A stretch of 64,000 nt of DNA from the NCBI GenBank assembly GCA_973895155.1, contig OZ316895.1:13884225-13948224 (forward strand), given 5' to 3'. The translations under genes were made by a program, and so were the position numbers. Positions 1-13,093 of the stretch are shown one piece after another; the stretch's first letter is position 1, and every line of letters starts with the position of its first letter. The stretch comes from Marsupella aquatica. Lineage: Eukaryota > Plantae > Marchantiophyta. The notes below the pieces were generated by a model, which saw nothing but the letters and a program-made list of their open reading frames with translations, made no database searches and was not told the origin of the DNA.

Positions 1-346
1 GAAACAAACCAAATTAAATCCTCAATTGCACCTCTAAATGCTCCAAGCAATCAGAATTGCTTCTCGAAGAAAAGCTCTAAAACTACTGCTGAGAGAGACC
101 ACCGCCTGAATGTACCACCACAAAAGGTCGTAACTTCCTAACAAGAAAATGATTATGATTTTTTGCCTTTGGCACCAACGTGTAACTGGCAATTTCACCA
201 GTTTTGAAGTAGATTTATATTAAAGAAAAATCTTGGAATCCAAGACAAAACGACACAAATAAAAAGTACTCGACATACTTCGAATATAAATGATCAAGGC
301 CTGCCAAAACGTGTAAATTCAGGACTACTGATTATTATGAGCTTAC

Positions 347-3300
347 CCGCATACTTGAAAAAGAACGAAGACAAGATTCCCTGTGCTGCATTGTTTAAAA
401 TAAGAAGCGCCGTGGCTTTTGAATGCCCTTCCACGAGATTGAAGTTGGTCGTGCCTAGATTCCCACAAAACAGTCAACTTTGAGAGCCATAACGATCAGG
501 GACACATAGATTTTCAGCCCAAATGCATTACAAGGTTACGCTGGTAGATCTCGAGTTGGCTTTTTAACATACCATTGTATATAATCCTGATCATTATCCC
601 GCACAGATTGAAAAATGCACCATATCCGTAGAGGAACAGGTTCTGTGGTACAGAGCAAAGTGCCACTCTTCAATATCACAAAGGTGGGATATTTTAGCTT
701 AGAAAAGTAGCGTCACAAGAAAATCCAGCCACAGTCATGCGCCCCATCAAGTCAAATAAATGAAACATCCATATATGTAGACCTGGAGATGGACGCTCGT
801 ATCGAACTGACTCTTGAGTGCATACTCATTAAACACAGATGCCAGGGAGGGCACTGTGACCTGCCAACACAATCCCGAATAAACTCAATATTACTAAAAA
901 TCAGAATTGAATTAAATAAAAACCAAAGAAGAACAGAAACGAGCAAAAGGCTACTTCATAGCTTGATGGCGTATACTTATCTAGTTCCGGTGACAAACGT
1001 GAAAGTCAAGTTAACGAAAGTGCACAAACTCATTACATGACTCATAGTATGCTTTCACTGCTCAATTTGATCTAATATATGAACCATATTAGTCTGAGTA
1101 GAAGCAACAAATAATACACATTCCTCTCATATCTGGTTCCCAGAGATGGCCCACAGAATAGTCAACTTACAAAGATTAACGTGTATACATAAGCAACTCC
1201 TGCGATGGGTACAGCTAGGGAAGTTGTCCCTGTAGCTGTTGTGTGTAGCTGATTTACACTAATTCCAATAAGTAGCAACCCCAGTGCTTCCCACTGAACG
1301 TGTACAAAACCAAAAAACTTATGTCAATGTACCGTAGAAACTATTTATCTGCCCATGCTTACAGGAAAACGTTCTTTTCATATAGAGGTAGTTCATTTGT
1401 CCGCATAACTGGCCAACATCCAATACGACCCATGAGCCTAATTGTCTCCTGGTTGGCCACATGTCGGAGAGAACATTATCCTACTCGGTGAAGGGTAAAA
1501 GCAATTTCCACCAATTTCCAGTCCTTAAGAATGCCGACGGTGTACGCGAGACTCCTTCCAACTTTATTCTTTTTCGCACCCAATAAAACCAAGCAGATGT
1601 TCGAGAGCCTCAAAATACAATGAACTGAGATACACTCATAAACCTTTCTTACCTGGTTGGAAAAAAAGCCCCTTCGAAGCCAGTACAAGAGGTTGCTGCC
1701 ATCTAGATGAACGCTTTCTACAACATTGGTGTTTACTGGTTGTCTGGATCGAGCAGTGGTATCTACAATGCTACAAAAGGAGGGCTCTATGACAAGGAAC
1801 GATTTCTTGTAGATTCTTGTTTAAGTCCCACTATATGTAAAGGTATTACTGAATCATGTATTGGGTCATCTCACTCGTAACAACGGACCTGCATGATGGT
1901 GAAACGCCTCCTCATCACCACTTTCAGGAGCAAAGCAATCATCAGCACCTGAAAACAATGGGAGGCCTTTCAGCGAAGCAGATGAATAGGAGAAACTCTC
2001 TTGAGGTGGCGTCATTTTTGGAAATAACAACTTCACTAGGATATACATCAAGCGTAGATGAATGTACCTTCAAATTACTGAGCATCTTCACAGTTGCTGG
2101 ATTAAAGTAGAGCTGCAAGAGGATCATCGAATGGTCGAAACTTTTAGGCAAAGTACTCACAATCTCTTCACAGTGCATCTGTAATTAAGTAGTCTACAAC
2201 TTGGTAGTTTGAGTCCATAGTCCAAAACATCACATCTGCTTGTATTTCTGTCATCATATTAACCTTACAAGGTCCTTGGAACTGTGGATTACAGTTGGGC
2301 ACACTACTCGCTTACCGCTTCAAGAATCCAAGATGGAAAGTGCCAACAGGCTATAAGCTACGTAATCCTCTAGTCACACCTAAAACGCAGAAATAGACAA
2401 TATAGGAAGAAAATAAATTGTACCTGCATGATAAACTTCAGGTAATTATTTATTGCATACAACAGCGCCGGAACAGCCAGCAAATAGTTGGCTCTTGCAG
2501 CCTGCAAACAGAGCAAACAGATCAACTTCAAAAGCTTGCAGGGCAAAACTCTCTGAAAGAACCATTAGCTTCTAAGAGCTATGAAAGTACTGTGCTTTGC
2601 CGCGGCCGGAAATAGCACCTTCAGATATCAAACTTTAAAACACTGTTATGAGATCATGCTGAGACACCAGATTAGGTGAGACACGTGCTAAAATATATAT
2701 GCAACCGACGCAAACGGGATTGGTGACCAAATTCTGTAGATTTTCCTTGCCCTCGCTTGCATCTGAACTTCTATAAAAGGCATCCTGGATTGATCAGTTT
2801 AGAACACTGGAAAAAGTAAGCCATTGCACCAGACGAAACCCTAGAAAAGTAGAGATATTATTTGACAAGAAGAAGGCTCAAGAAGGGAGAACATTGGACC
2901 TGGAGGATCACCACCGGTGAAAGAAGCGATTTTTCTCCTGGATGCTGCTTACGCACCTGTCGGGACATGAACAAAAGGACCATCAAGGCTCGCTTGCATA
3001 TTCAATAAACAACCTCAATGAGTCCGGAACTATCGGGTAATTTTTTCTCTAAGTGGGACCATATTCCATCACTTCACAAAGACAGGTGTGAAAGAATCTT
3101 ACATCCAAAGAGCTGAGAGCCACATCGTCAAGTTCCGCACAGGATTTTAAATGAAGGTGCAAAACATGTTACCCAAATGCAAACTGACGAACAAGACAAA
3201 GGACTGGGCAACGCAGGTAGTGCACAGAAACTCACAGCGAATAGGAGCATGCATAGTGCAAATGCAACTTTCGCCAGCTCTGTCAAAAAATTCACGCTTA

Positions 3301-4673
3301 CTGGGTCGAAAAGGAACTTGCCATCGACTTTTGACATATAGACCAGAATTGGCTGCAAAAAAGCAAATAATGTCGGATGAGTAAACCATCACACCACCAC
3401 TCCTGAAATCTAAGATATTGATTCTACAATTCTGGAGGCAGCAGTGAAACGGAGGATCATGACGACAAGACATCAGGTGGCCTTAGATTTGCTCCAAGCC
3501 TAATTCATTTTTGCATACAATAAGAAAGAGGTAAGCTACTTGTCGTGACTGTTTTATCGACAAGTCTATTGCTAGGTGCTCTTACCCACCCAGATCGCTC
3601 TAACACAGCAAATCGTTTCCTAGACTGCCACGGGTCAATTGGAACAACTGGCTGGACCATGCCTCGGCAACAGAACCACTGTCACTGTTCGGAATCATCA
3701 TCCAAAACCTACTCTAGCAATCCTCGAGGACAGATGCATTCAACATCAATTACGAATGTCCACGCAACGGTGCAAAGAGATCTTCCATGCACCATCATCG
3801 ATCCGTTACGGCATTACCGGATTGCTAAGTCGCCTGAGCAAACTGAATGTCGCAATGTCTGCAACGGCACAGAGTAGATACTCTTGCAGGCTAATGCTCT
3901 AAACGAATTCGGAATATCCAATGTACTAGAGGAAAATCTTGGCCACGTCACTACTGATAAACAGAGATCGAAGAACTTGTACATTTGAATGTGGAAATTC
4001 CGAGAAAAGACCTTGGCCAAGTCACTAATGATAAACAGAGATCGAAGAAATTGTCTATGTGCATGTGCAATTTCCACATCTTGAACTGCGAAGTAAAAGC
4101 AGAACCGACCAAGGATTGTGCAGTGATTGGCTTCTGACCCCAAGGGGTATCAAGGTTGAGAAAGGCTTCATTTACAGCTAAATCTTCTGTAACATATTTC
4201 CTTCAGGTCACTTCCATTAAATCCGAATTAATCCTTAATTTCAGGAGATGGTCCTTCAAGCCTCAACTATGCTTACTCGCTCGCATTAATGATATAGACG
4301 CCGTCAAAAGAAAATATTGACGCCCTACTCCTTGGACATGTGAGGCACTCCAGACCACTTCCCACGGAAAATAGAAGAAAATCAAATCGCCTGTCGCAGT
4401 AACTTCAGTGTCCTTCCACAGTCACACGATCGAGAACAGGTTCTGAGATCTCTCAATTCTGACATGCATTGCCAGCGTTGCAAACTTGCGCAGTCGACAT
4501 ACCTGAAGTCCAATCAATGTGCAATCCGAAACAACAAGTAGGACATTGAGGGCGCGAAAGCGTGAAGCCGGATTGCTGTGATGCCGATCGTATGCTCGAG
4601 ATACCTGACGTACTGAAGGTGATCCTGACGCCGTTTGCCCGCAATACTTACATTCTACCACACCGTTCTTCAT
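347..4673 (-). CDS. CMP-sialic acid transporter-like nucleotide-sugar transporter (SLC35A/UTR6-like); 3' exons lie beyond the left edge
   Basis: GT-AG exons 4673-4503, 3352-3236, 2956-2900, 2501-2424, 2112-2068, 1948-1889, 1293-1171, 860-783, 642-573, 454-347 splice in frame to [46 protein letters not shown]..[15 protein letters not shown]..[22 protein letters not shown]..[16 protein letters not shown], matching the plant CMP-sialic acid transporter-like family as I recall it. Confidence 0.92.
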
Positions 4674-6400
4674 GACGAGCCCTTGGCCCGACTCTGCCAG
4701 CATTCTGTACAGTGCAGATCGATCTGAAGAGAAAAACAACCGCAATTCTCGTCTCCGCTCTGTACCCCGATAAAAGACTTGTTCCCTCTTTCGCTCGCGG
4801 CTTCAGTCTTGCTACTTGTTTCGAAATGAGTACGTCTCGAGCAGAAGATTATATGATTGACCTCGCGAAAAGCCTAGAATCATGAATCCACGAGGAGCTG
4901 AGTCAGTTAGCCATTCTGAAGTATCTGAGCTGACCGAGCAGAAATGACGCCAGAGCAGCTCTCCACCGTGTACACAGCTTCGATAATCCTCACAGAAGGA
5001 TCTTCTCAGAGAGCATTTCTTTAAGAAAAGATCAATCTGGACCAGCTGATCAGACATGGCCCCGAGATCGAACCATTCAACGAAATTGACAATCTTCAGA
5101 TTCCGCATAAATCATGAGCAGGAGTTCGATGGATACCGCTTCAGCAATCAAACAATCTATGCTGACCACAGAGACCGTAGGGAGAGGAAACATTTCGCCA
5201 AACCCAACTCACAATGACAGCACCAGTGAGGAGCGAGGAGAACCGACCTAAAAGTAGATCTAGAGAAGCGAACGAGACCAGTGCGCAAATGTGCATCAAA
5301 TGTACAACTAATCACTTTCGACAGAGCTCACGCCGTACAGGTTCACAGACGCAGGCTTTTTGCTGTTGATCTCTGCTGTCAGACGACAGACACCACACCA
5401 CGTTTGCCGGGAGGAATTCGTGTTGTACCTAAAGCAGAGGTTCGTAACACAGGCAGAACAGGACAGGCTGCACCTAGCCAACGAGCGTCGTCCCCGTCGA
5501 GAGGTAACAACACGAAACGGTATCAGCATCCAACCGGCCGGTTCCGTATCGGGGATTGCAACTGGACTCCTCCATGCTGCTCTAAGCCCATTACTACGAC
5601 AACCAGTTCCCGCAATGCAATGTAGCTGCAGCCTATGCAGCTATGCAGATCTGCTACCACCGATCAATTAAACCCGCATCAAACCCACAATGCTGCTGCT
5701 TCTCAAGGCCCTCCAAAAACACCCGCCCCTGCCCCCCCCCCCCGCGACGTGAGAGAAACAAAAGAATACCGATCTGTGGACAGCTTCAAAGGCAAGACAG
5801 CCTGAATCACACTACTACTACACCTTAAAGAGCTCCGAAGAAAACTAAAAGTTCCTCGGACCTCGTGATCAGCAGTCAGTCACTCACTCAAGTCAGTCAG
5901 CAGTGGCGTACCGTAATGGCAGCCGTAGGCCACTCTCTTGTCACGCTTCACGAGACTATTTCAAGAGAAACACTACTTTATTTCCTCCTCACTCTCCTCT
6001 CGTCTACAATCCAGTACTCGCCCTCCCTAGTCTGGTCAGCTCTGGTGTCATCTGGCCCCAGCTAGGCATGCATCCGCACCAACCAGCAATCCCTTCAATC
6101 AGTACCTCCTCCGATTCCGCTTTCGTTCACTATTCATTCCTGAAGCGTTCTCTCTCTCTGCTGATCTGCTCGCTGTCTCTCATCATACACTCTCACAATT
6201 CCGATTATTCGATGATTTTGACAATCCGTCCACACCGACCCGCCACTGACCCGCATTGCCTTTTCCATTTGAACGCATTCCATTCCATTCCAGAGTCACT
6301 CGACGGATTCTTGCATTCTTTCAGACATTCCAAGCTCGACACGCAGCATCTTTCCTCCACATTTGTTCGTGCGAATTCGCTCACTCCATCGCATGAAAAC

Positions 6401-6540
6401 AATCCGCCCACCAAAACCCCCGCCATATGTAGCGGCGAGCTAACATCATAGCAAAGCCCCAATCCGCCCACCAAGAGCCGCGCCATATATAGAGGCGCAA
6501 GCTCGTACCTCCGCCATATGTACAGTAGCGGCGAGCTCAC
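6401..6540. repeat. Three degenerate GC-rich ~50-60 bp repeats
   Basis: AATCCGCCCACCAA..CCGCCATAT..AGCGGCGAGCT recurs at about 6401 and 6461, and partially at 6511. Confidence 0.55.
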
Positions 6541-9500
6541 GGTTCCCCAGACGGCCACGCCGCACGGCGGGCAACGCGGGTCTGGTCATCAGTCTGTTGT
6601 GTACTTAGTACTTGGCCCGGGTCCCCTTCACCGGTCTATTGTAGTCTGAGGGAGGGACATGTACTGTAAGTGTTTTTCTTGTAAGGGTATTTATTCTTGA
6701 TACTTATACTTATACTTATTTATAATTTTGTCCCTGTTCAGTGCACCCCCAAAGGTAAGTGAACTAAACAGAGTTAGTCTAGAGGTTTACTCTAAACCGA
6801 GGCCATAAAAGTCGGTTTCTGTAGCGAAATTCCAGTAGTATTTATCCTCGAGAACAGTCAGTGAAACTAGAGTTTGCCCTGGCGATCCATGCAAAGAAAA
6901 ACATTGGAAAATTTAATGGCAAATAGCCACAATTGCCTTGTCGATGGGAACATAATAGCCAGTTTTGCATTATGCTTGAAGCACTCAAGTTTGAAGTTGA
7001 CAGAGTTAGAATTTTTAAACACAACCCTCCTGTCCCACACCCTTCTTTTGGGGATAGCCTGGACTGGTGGTATCTTTGGCGTTGTCGGCCTGATTTACCT
7101 TTGTTGGTTTGAGTGGGCATAACCGTCCTTCAGGTCCCTTCAAGGGCCTCTTACTTTCTTTGCTTGGGTGGTTCTGCCCCTTGGCCTGTTATGATGTTTG
7201 CTATTTTTAGAAAAGAAACTCAAATTTTAAAGTTGCTTGTTGCACCATCAAGGGCTCGTCCTATGGTGGAAGTTGGCTTGTTGGGTGACTTGTCAGCTAT
7301 CCTCTTGTTGGCTGTGCCCTGATCGCTATGTCTGCCTTCTGGGTCTCCAATCTTCCTTGCTTTTTTATCAGTTTCCTTACCTTTTTGTTACATATATCAC
7401 ACACTGCCAAAGAATAAAAGCCTCCAATTTTCTAGCTTTTTTCCAGTGTCCTGGCTTATTGTTTGGGTTGTCATATATATCACACAGACAAAAAGAACAA
7501 AAAAGCTCCAAACAGAGAGACAAGAACCCAAAGGTGAAGGGACTCAGTAAAGGAGAGAAAATAAGGGAAACCCCCACTAAGGGCATAGAGCCAAACAACT
7601 TCCAAATGAACTAAACCACTAAAACCCTACTGGGCAGCAAACTGAAAAGTCTGGTAAAAACTTTAAACTAAAGCACACATGGAGGTGAAGAAGAGAAATA
7701 TGTTTAGAGGCCCTAACTTGCTCACACTTGTCCAGGGAATGCAAATTTGCCAAGGGGCAGGACAGTTGGGGTAGCCAAACTGGTTGCAATTCAGATTCCT
7801 TACAGCCAACTTTGCATGTGGCTCTTAGTTAGGAAAGACAGGCAAGTGACCAGACCAAGTCTAGAGGTCACACAGCTGGGTGTGGCTTTCCCATCCATAC
7901 TTGTCTAAGCTCAGCTTTGTTTTGCCCCTTTTGTAGTTTCTATACGGAACAAAGGTCATCAGTGTGTAACCATTTTTGGAGGTCACTAATATTGTCATAA
8001 TTTACCCGGGAATGTGATTTTCATTATCTTTAATCCTTACTGAATTTGCATACTATAATGACCGTCTGGGTTAAGGTTCTGGTGTCAAATGTACTCCCCA
8101 AATGCTAAAATACCACTACCAGTCAGCATTTTTTCCATCTTCTGGTTAGAGTATTACTAGTAACCCTGGGCCCATATCTTCATCATCCTATACCTTACTT
8201 TGGGCTTTTTGTGCTCTTTGGTGACCTCCCTTGATGGGGTCTTTGGTCTCTTAGATCCTGTCTCCCCTTTAGGTGCCCCTTGTTCTTTTGCAGTTTGATA
8301 TAATTATACACCTCCCCAAGTTACTGAAGACCCATATTACGTAATAACTATTATACCGTGATGATACGGGCGGAGTACCGACGAGATCCAGAAGACCGCG
8401 CAATTGAGCGTGCATGAGCACAGTCGCCAGCTGACCGCGCGTAATAACTCAGTACACCTGCAGACACCAATGATACTGTCCAGCAAACCGAGCAAGCAAA
8501 TAAGCAATCGTGCGTACAGCACTACAGCGGACTGCACCAGGAGTGGTCCCCAAGTTACTGGAGCGTGTAGCTGAGAGCATCTACGCACTGCGTCCGTTGG
8601 ATTGAGAAAAAGCTGCTCACCGGAATCTGATGGCAAATTCTGGTGGCTCCATTATTGCAATGGGTTGACGATACATAATTTCTTTCACACCTACAGTACT
8701 GAGGGACTGAGGGCCCATCGCATTTCGCCATGTCCTTCCCAACACATTCTTGACATCTAAATAAAGTGAACAAATTGTTGCAACAAAAACAATCAAAGAA
8801 AGAAATGAGATCCACCAAAGAATTAAAGAAAAGTTTTTTTTTAGAAAACTCCCCCAAAAGTGCACAATTTTCTTAACTTACCCGCTTTGATTGTTTAGCC
8901 GCCCCCATGGATTAAGCCTAGCCACACATTCCAGTTATTTGAGTTATTTCTGGCCGCCTGATTCCTTGCAAGTTGCGAGGGGGCAACAGACTGATAACAT
9001 TTATTTTAGGGGCAGCTTATTGTTTCTGTTCAATTTTGGGGACAAGTGATTAGAAATAATTAAAGAAAATGAATATGCAAATGTTAAGAAATCACTGGTA
9101 ACCTTTCTAAGAAAAAGAAGCATGGATGAATCACATTGTTTGACAAACAACTACAATGCAGAAACAAAAGCTCAGATGAACCGAGACATTGTCCATTTGC
9201 TTTTACACCAAAGATAAAATGGAGAAAGTATTCGAGACGTCATGGTAATCTTGAGTAATGTTATGATATCTTGACATCTTTCAGGTTCAAGGTCATCAAG
9301 TAGTCAAGTTACCAAGGAACCCGATTCAGTAATGTAATTAAAATCGGCGCAAACAGTAAGGAGACCGTTCACAGGTCTGCAACAACTGCTGCTGTTTTAT
9401 AAAACAAATTATAATCTTGGGTAGCTCCGCAATAGCCAAACTAGTCAAAGCCATACTTTTAACATGAGCAACGCTCTCTTGAAAACAAGATTTAATCAAA

Positions 9501-10384
9501 TCTTTGGTAGCTGTGCAATGGCAAAATTAGTCAAAGTTCTTCCTTATAACAAGAACTGAAGAATAGAGTTCTACAACAACGCTCCTCTCGACTCTCCTGC
9601 AAATTAAAATTATTGGTAGCTCCGTAACGAAAAAAATTATAACAAGAGCACTGCTCTCTATGGGGCTCTCTAAAAATAGGAGTCTACAATAGCTTTCTCA
9701 CAAGTTGTATAATCACTTGGCAGAATATCAATGTCCTAGAATCTCAAGATAGTCTCTAGAAAATTGCAATGCCTTTGTGAAACTTTTTACCATTTGAGCA
9801 AACTATTCTATTAGTGAAGCACTCACTCTACCCACAACCCCATTTACCATGCAAGTGCCTGACAAGGTCCTTATAGACCTAAATGTCATAAACAAACTTT
9901 GAAGGATGGAGTAACCAGCTCATGGAGGGAAGAGCTTATTGGGGGAATGCACACAAACCTGCAATCATATACTGGTGATTGGGCAAGACTTGACAACGTA
10001 CTTTTTGGACATTACTAAAACAACAGTAGCTAGGCATATTCCTATGTTTCAGTCCAGGAAAATCTTGATTAGCAAAATAAGTGTCCTGTAAATTGCACAT
10101 CAAAATGTGACAATAATTATAGACTATACTATGTCCCTCCACACAGTGATAGACCCAATTATTCTCCTTAAATCACTGAGGATTCTAAATATCTATCTAC
10201 CTAAGGGTTTTACTGTGCAATTACCAGGATGCATAAAATAATATTTCCAAAAGGCATCCCATTAATTGTACATCAAAATCTTATAATCTATATTGTGTTT
10301 TGTGTCACTCCACACCATGATAACCCCATTCATTCTCTTCAAATCACTCAATGTTATTCTAAAATAGCTCAATACCAGTGAGTT

Positions 10385-10960
10385 GCACAAAAGATCTTGT
10401 CCCATAAAGATATCCTTAAGTGAAAGATGTCATTACGTTAGAGATGTCATGACGCCAAACATCGATATTATTATGTCAAAGATGTCGTGGCATCAGAGAT
10501 GTCGTTAGGTAAGGGGATGTTGTTAGTAAAAGATGTTTTTAAGAACACGGGTAAGAACAAAATGATGTTGGTAGAAGATGTCGTTGACGTAACATCTGTT
10601 GTTAACCAAAAGAGATGTTGCTTGGTAAAAGATGCTGTCAAGGTGAAATAAGTCGTTAAGCTGGGCTGAGCCATGCTGCTCCAAGGGGCTCAGAATTGGG
10701 TCAAGGCGGCAAGGGGGTTTGAGGCAAGGCCAAGGCTCAAGGCAAGCCTTGCGCTGGACGCCCCAGCGAGCAAGGGTGCTCAAGGGAGGGAGGCATGTTA
10801 GGGGAGGGAGGCCCGGCCAAGGAGGGAGGGAGGCAAGGTGGGAGGGCCAAGGCAACTGAGGGCGCAGAGCGCGGTGCAGGATGGCCTGGCCCAAGGATGG
10901 GGCAAGGCAACATGGTTGCAGAGCGGGCAGCCAAGGAAGTCACAGGGAAGGGTTGGGTAG
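10385..10960. repeat. Degenerate short-motif repeat region, probable TE remnant
   Basis: About ten AGATGTY motifs at 10385-10640, followed by a G-rich tract with many CAAGG(C) motifs at 10680-10960; no recognisable protein. Confidence 0.4.
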
Positions 10961-12070
10961 CAATTTTTTATTGGTTTCACTTCTTTCCCTTTTAATTTTC
11001 TTGATGTCTAAAACCCCCTTGTATATGTGAATGACTACCACTGTATAAATTGGCGCACGCAACGTTGGATCACAAGTGTTAATTTGGATCTAATTGTCCG
11101 TTTTTGATGTGCAATTGTGATGTACAAATACAGGGACGCGTAAACTAATACTCCAAAAAGAGGGAAGACAGGGAAGGTTGGTCAATCCGGTACAGTACCG
11201 TCACGAAGAGGTCCAAAGTTGGAGGCAGAATCAGACCCCAAAGTCAGATGCGTGCTGTACAGAAACACAATGTTTTTCTCTGATTAGAAAAGCAAACACC
11301 ATCGTTGCAGACAGAGAAGAGCATGATATCACTCGACCAGTCAATCTCCCGATGATTGTCATGTGATTGGTCAGCAATTGCGTTCTTTCCTTGAAATTCA
11401 GAGAGAGAAGTGTATTGCAAAAGTGATACGCAGGGTAATTATGAGGTACATCCTTGAAGGCATTACGTGAATCACCCTGTTTTCCAAAACTCAGCCATGT
11501 CCTGCAGCAACAGCAACGTCGCTAGCTCAATGACAGGCTTGATTGGGATAGCTGCACTCATCCATAGCCCAAAAATTGAGATCACTCAGCTCAATTGGCT
11601 CGAAGGTACCTCCAATGTGGTCAATTCCAGAACCCACATTGGAAACTATCGGGAGATCTGCCTTAGCAGACCCATACTGGAGACTATTATGTCGTCGATT
11701 ACAACTCTCAGTGGAGTGCTGCGATGACGCTGCTCCAGTACCGTAGTAGTCTAAGACTTTGAAGTTTGTGTTTGATATCTGAAACCGGGCAACCCTGATT
11801 GACAGAGTCGAGCTCTGAAGTGGGAGAGTATGTGTTTGTGTAGGGCAAGCCTGATGAACAGAGTTGAGCTCTGAGGTGAGAGAAATCTCAGTAGACGATG
11901 ATGATATGGGTCCACACTCACGAAACCGAACTCGTTGTCTGCTGGTGTGCAAAATCCAAGACAATGCATGCAAAGAGTGTTGCATAGATTTAGTGAGATC
12001 TGACCGAAAGAGATAACGGACTTTTTTTCGATTCCAATTGGTCCAATGCGATGGAATGACATTGCAAAGC

Positions 12071-12825
12071 GAGACAGGTGGAGGCTGGGATATGGAAGAT
12101 GAGACACAAGTCTTTCTCTTCACAAAAGCAAGGCAAAAGCCAAAAGTAAGAATAATTTAATGACTACATTCCGTCTGTGAAGTCAAAGCAAACGTAATCG
12201 CATCAGTACCGTGTTGGGCATCAGAGTCGTACCCTGTGGAGCAATGTGGATCATCGTCGGATAACGAGATGGCATCACAGAAAGGGGACAAAGAGTCACC
12301 GCTAATGAGTTGTATAACAACTTACTTTTCGCCAGAAATCACAAAATACACAGAGTTTGGGCCTGTTCTCACTTGTGGCTAGTAGTGCTTCGATTTCAAA
12401 AACTATAATGTTGTAAAGCTTTCCGAACGAAAGGATAAAGTTTGATATAAAAGTGCCACTGAGTACGGCTTCTCTTCTGTCTTGTGGCATTGACTTGGTG
12501 CCTTGGAACTGATGACAATCAGAGAGGTCAAACAGGGGAGAGAGAGAAGTCTACCCTGGCCAACATCCGGCCTGATGCGTGAATTGATTTCAAGCAGCAC
12601 GGGACAGAAAGCAGGACGAGAGACACAGCTCAGATGAGACTACTGTAGTTTCCGATAGGAGGGGCTGACTTCCAACAGGTTGGGAGTTGTAAATTAGTGT
12701 CGTTTATCCTCTCTCCTCGATCTTAAGTTTGGAGTGACGCCTGTTTTAAACTTTCAGTGGCCGACACTGAAGCGCGTCTCGACCTTTCTTGCAGTTAGCT
12801 TTTACTTACCTCTGACTTGTGTCGG
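12071..12825. promoter_or_regulatory. Cluster of candidate auxin-response elements upstream of the AUX1/LAX gene
   Basis: GAGACA at 12071, 12101 and 12620, CCGACA at 12761 and TGTCGG at 12820 (ARF sites TGTCTC/TGTCGG). Confidence 0.3.
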
Positions 12826-13093
12826 GGATTAAATTCTGTTGTGTTTCTCACATCTACTTGTCTTGCCGTTTCAATGAAACTGGAAGGCATTATCATTTCT
12901 CACTTTTCATACAAGAGTTCTTTCATGTTCTCAATCACAATAGATTGGAGAAGGCAGGCGGAGAAGAAGAGAGACGAGTTGACAAAGAAGACGCCAGAAA
13001 CGCTGCTTTTGCCTGTGTGGTTGAGCTGCTAGATTGCACCTGCGCCCTGCTTGCAATTGGGGTTGCCCACAGGAAGGAAACGAAGAAGAAGAG

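Noticed and set aside
5903-6451. 182-aa ORF near the transporter promoter
   Set aside because: Low-complexity S/L/H/P sequence from a CT-rich tract with no recognisable motif.
6842-7614. Cluster of short ORFs on both strands
   Set aside because: No domain or consistent splice structure; probably decayed repeat DNA.
11527-12123. 198-aa minus-strand ORF upstream of the LAX gene
   Set aside because: Non-ATG start and no recognisable motif; likely a chance ORF in the promoter/5' UTR.
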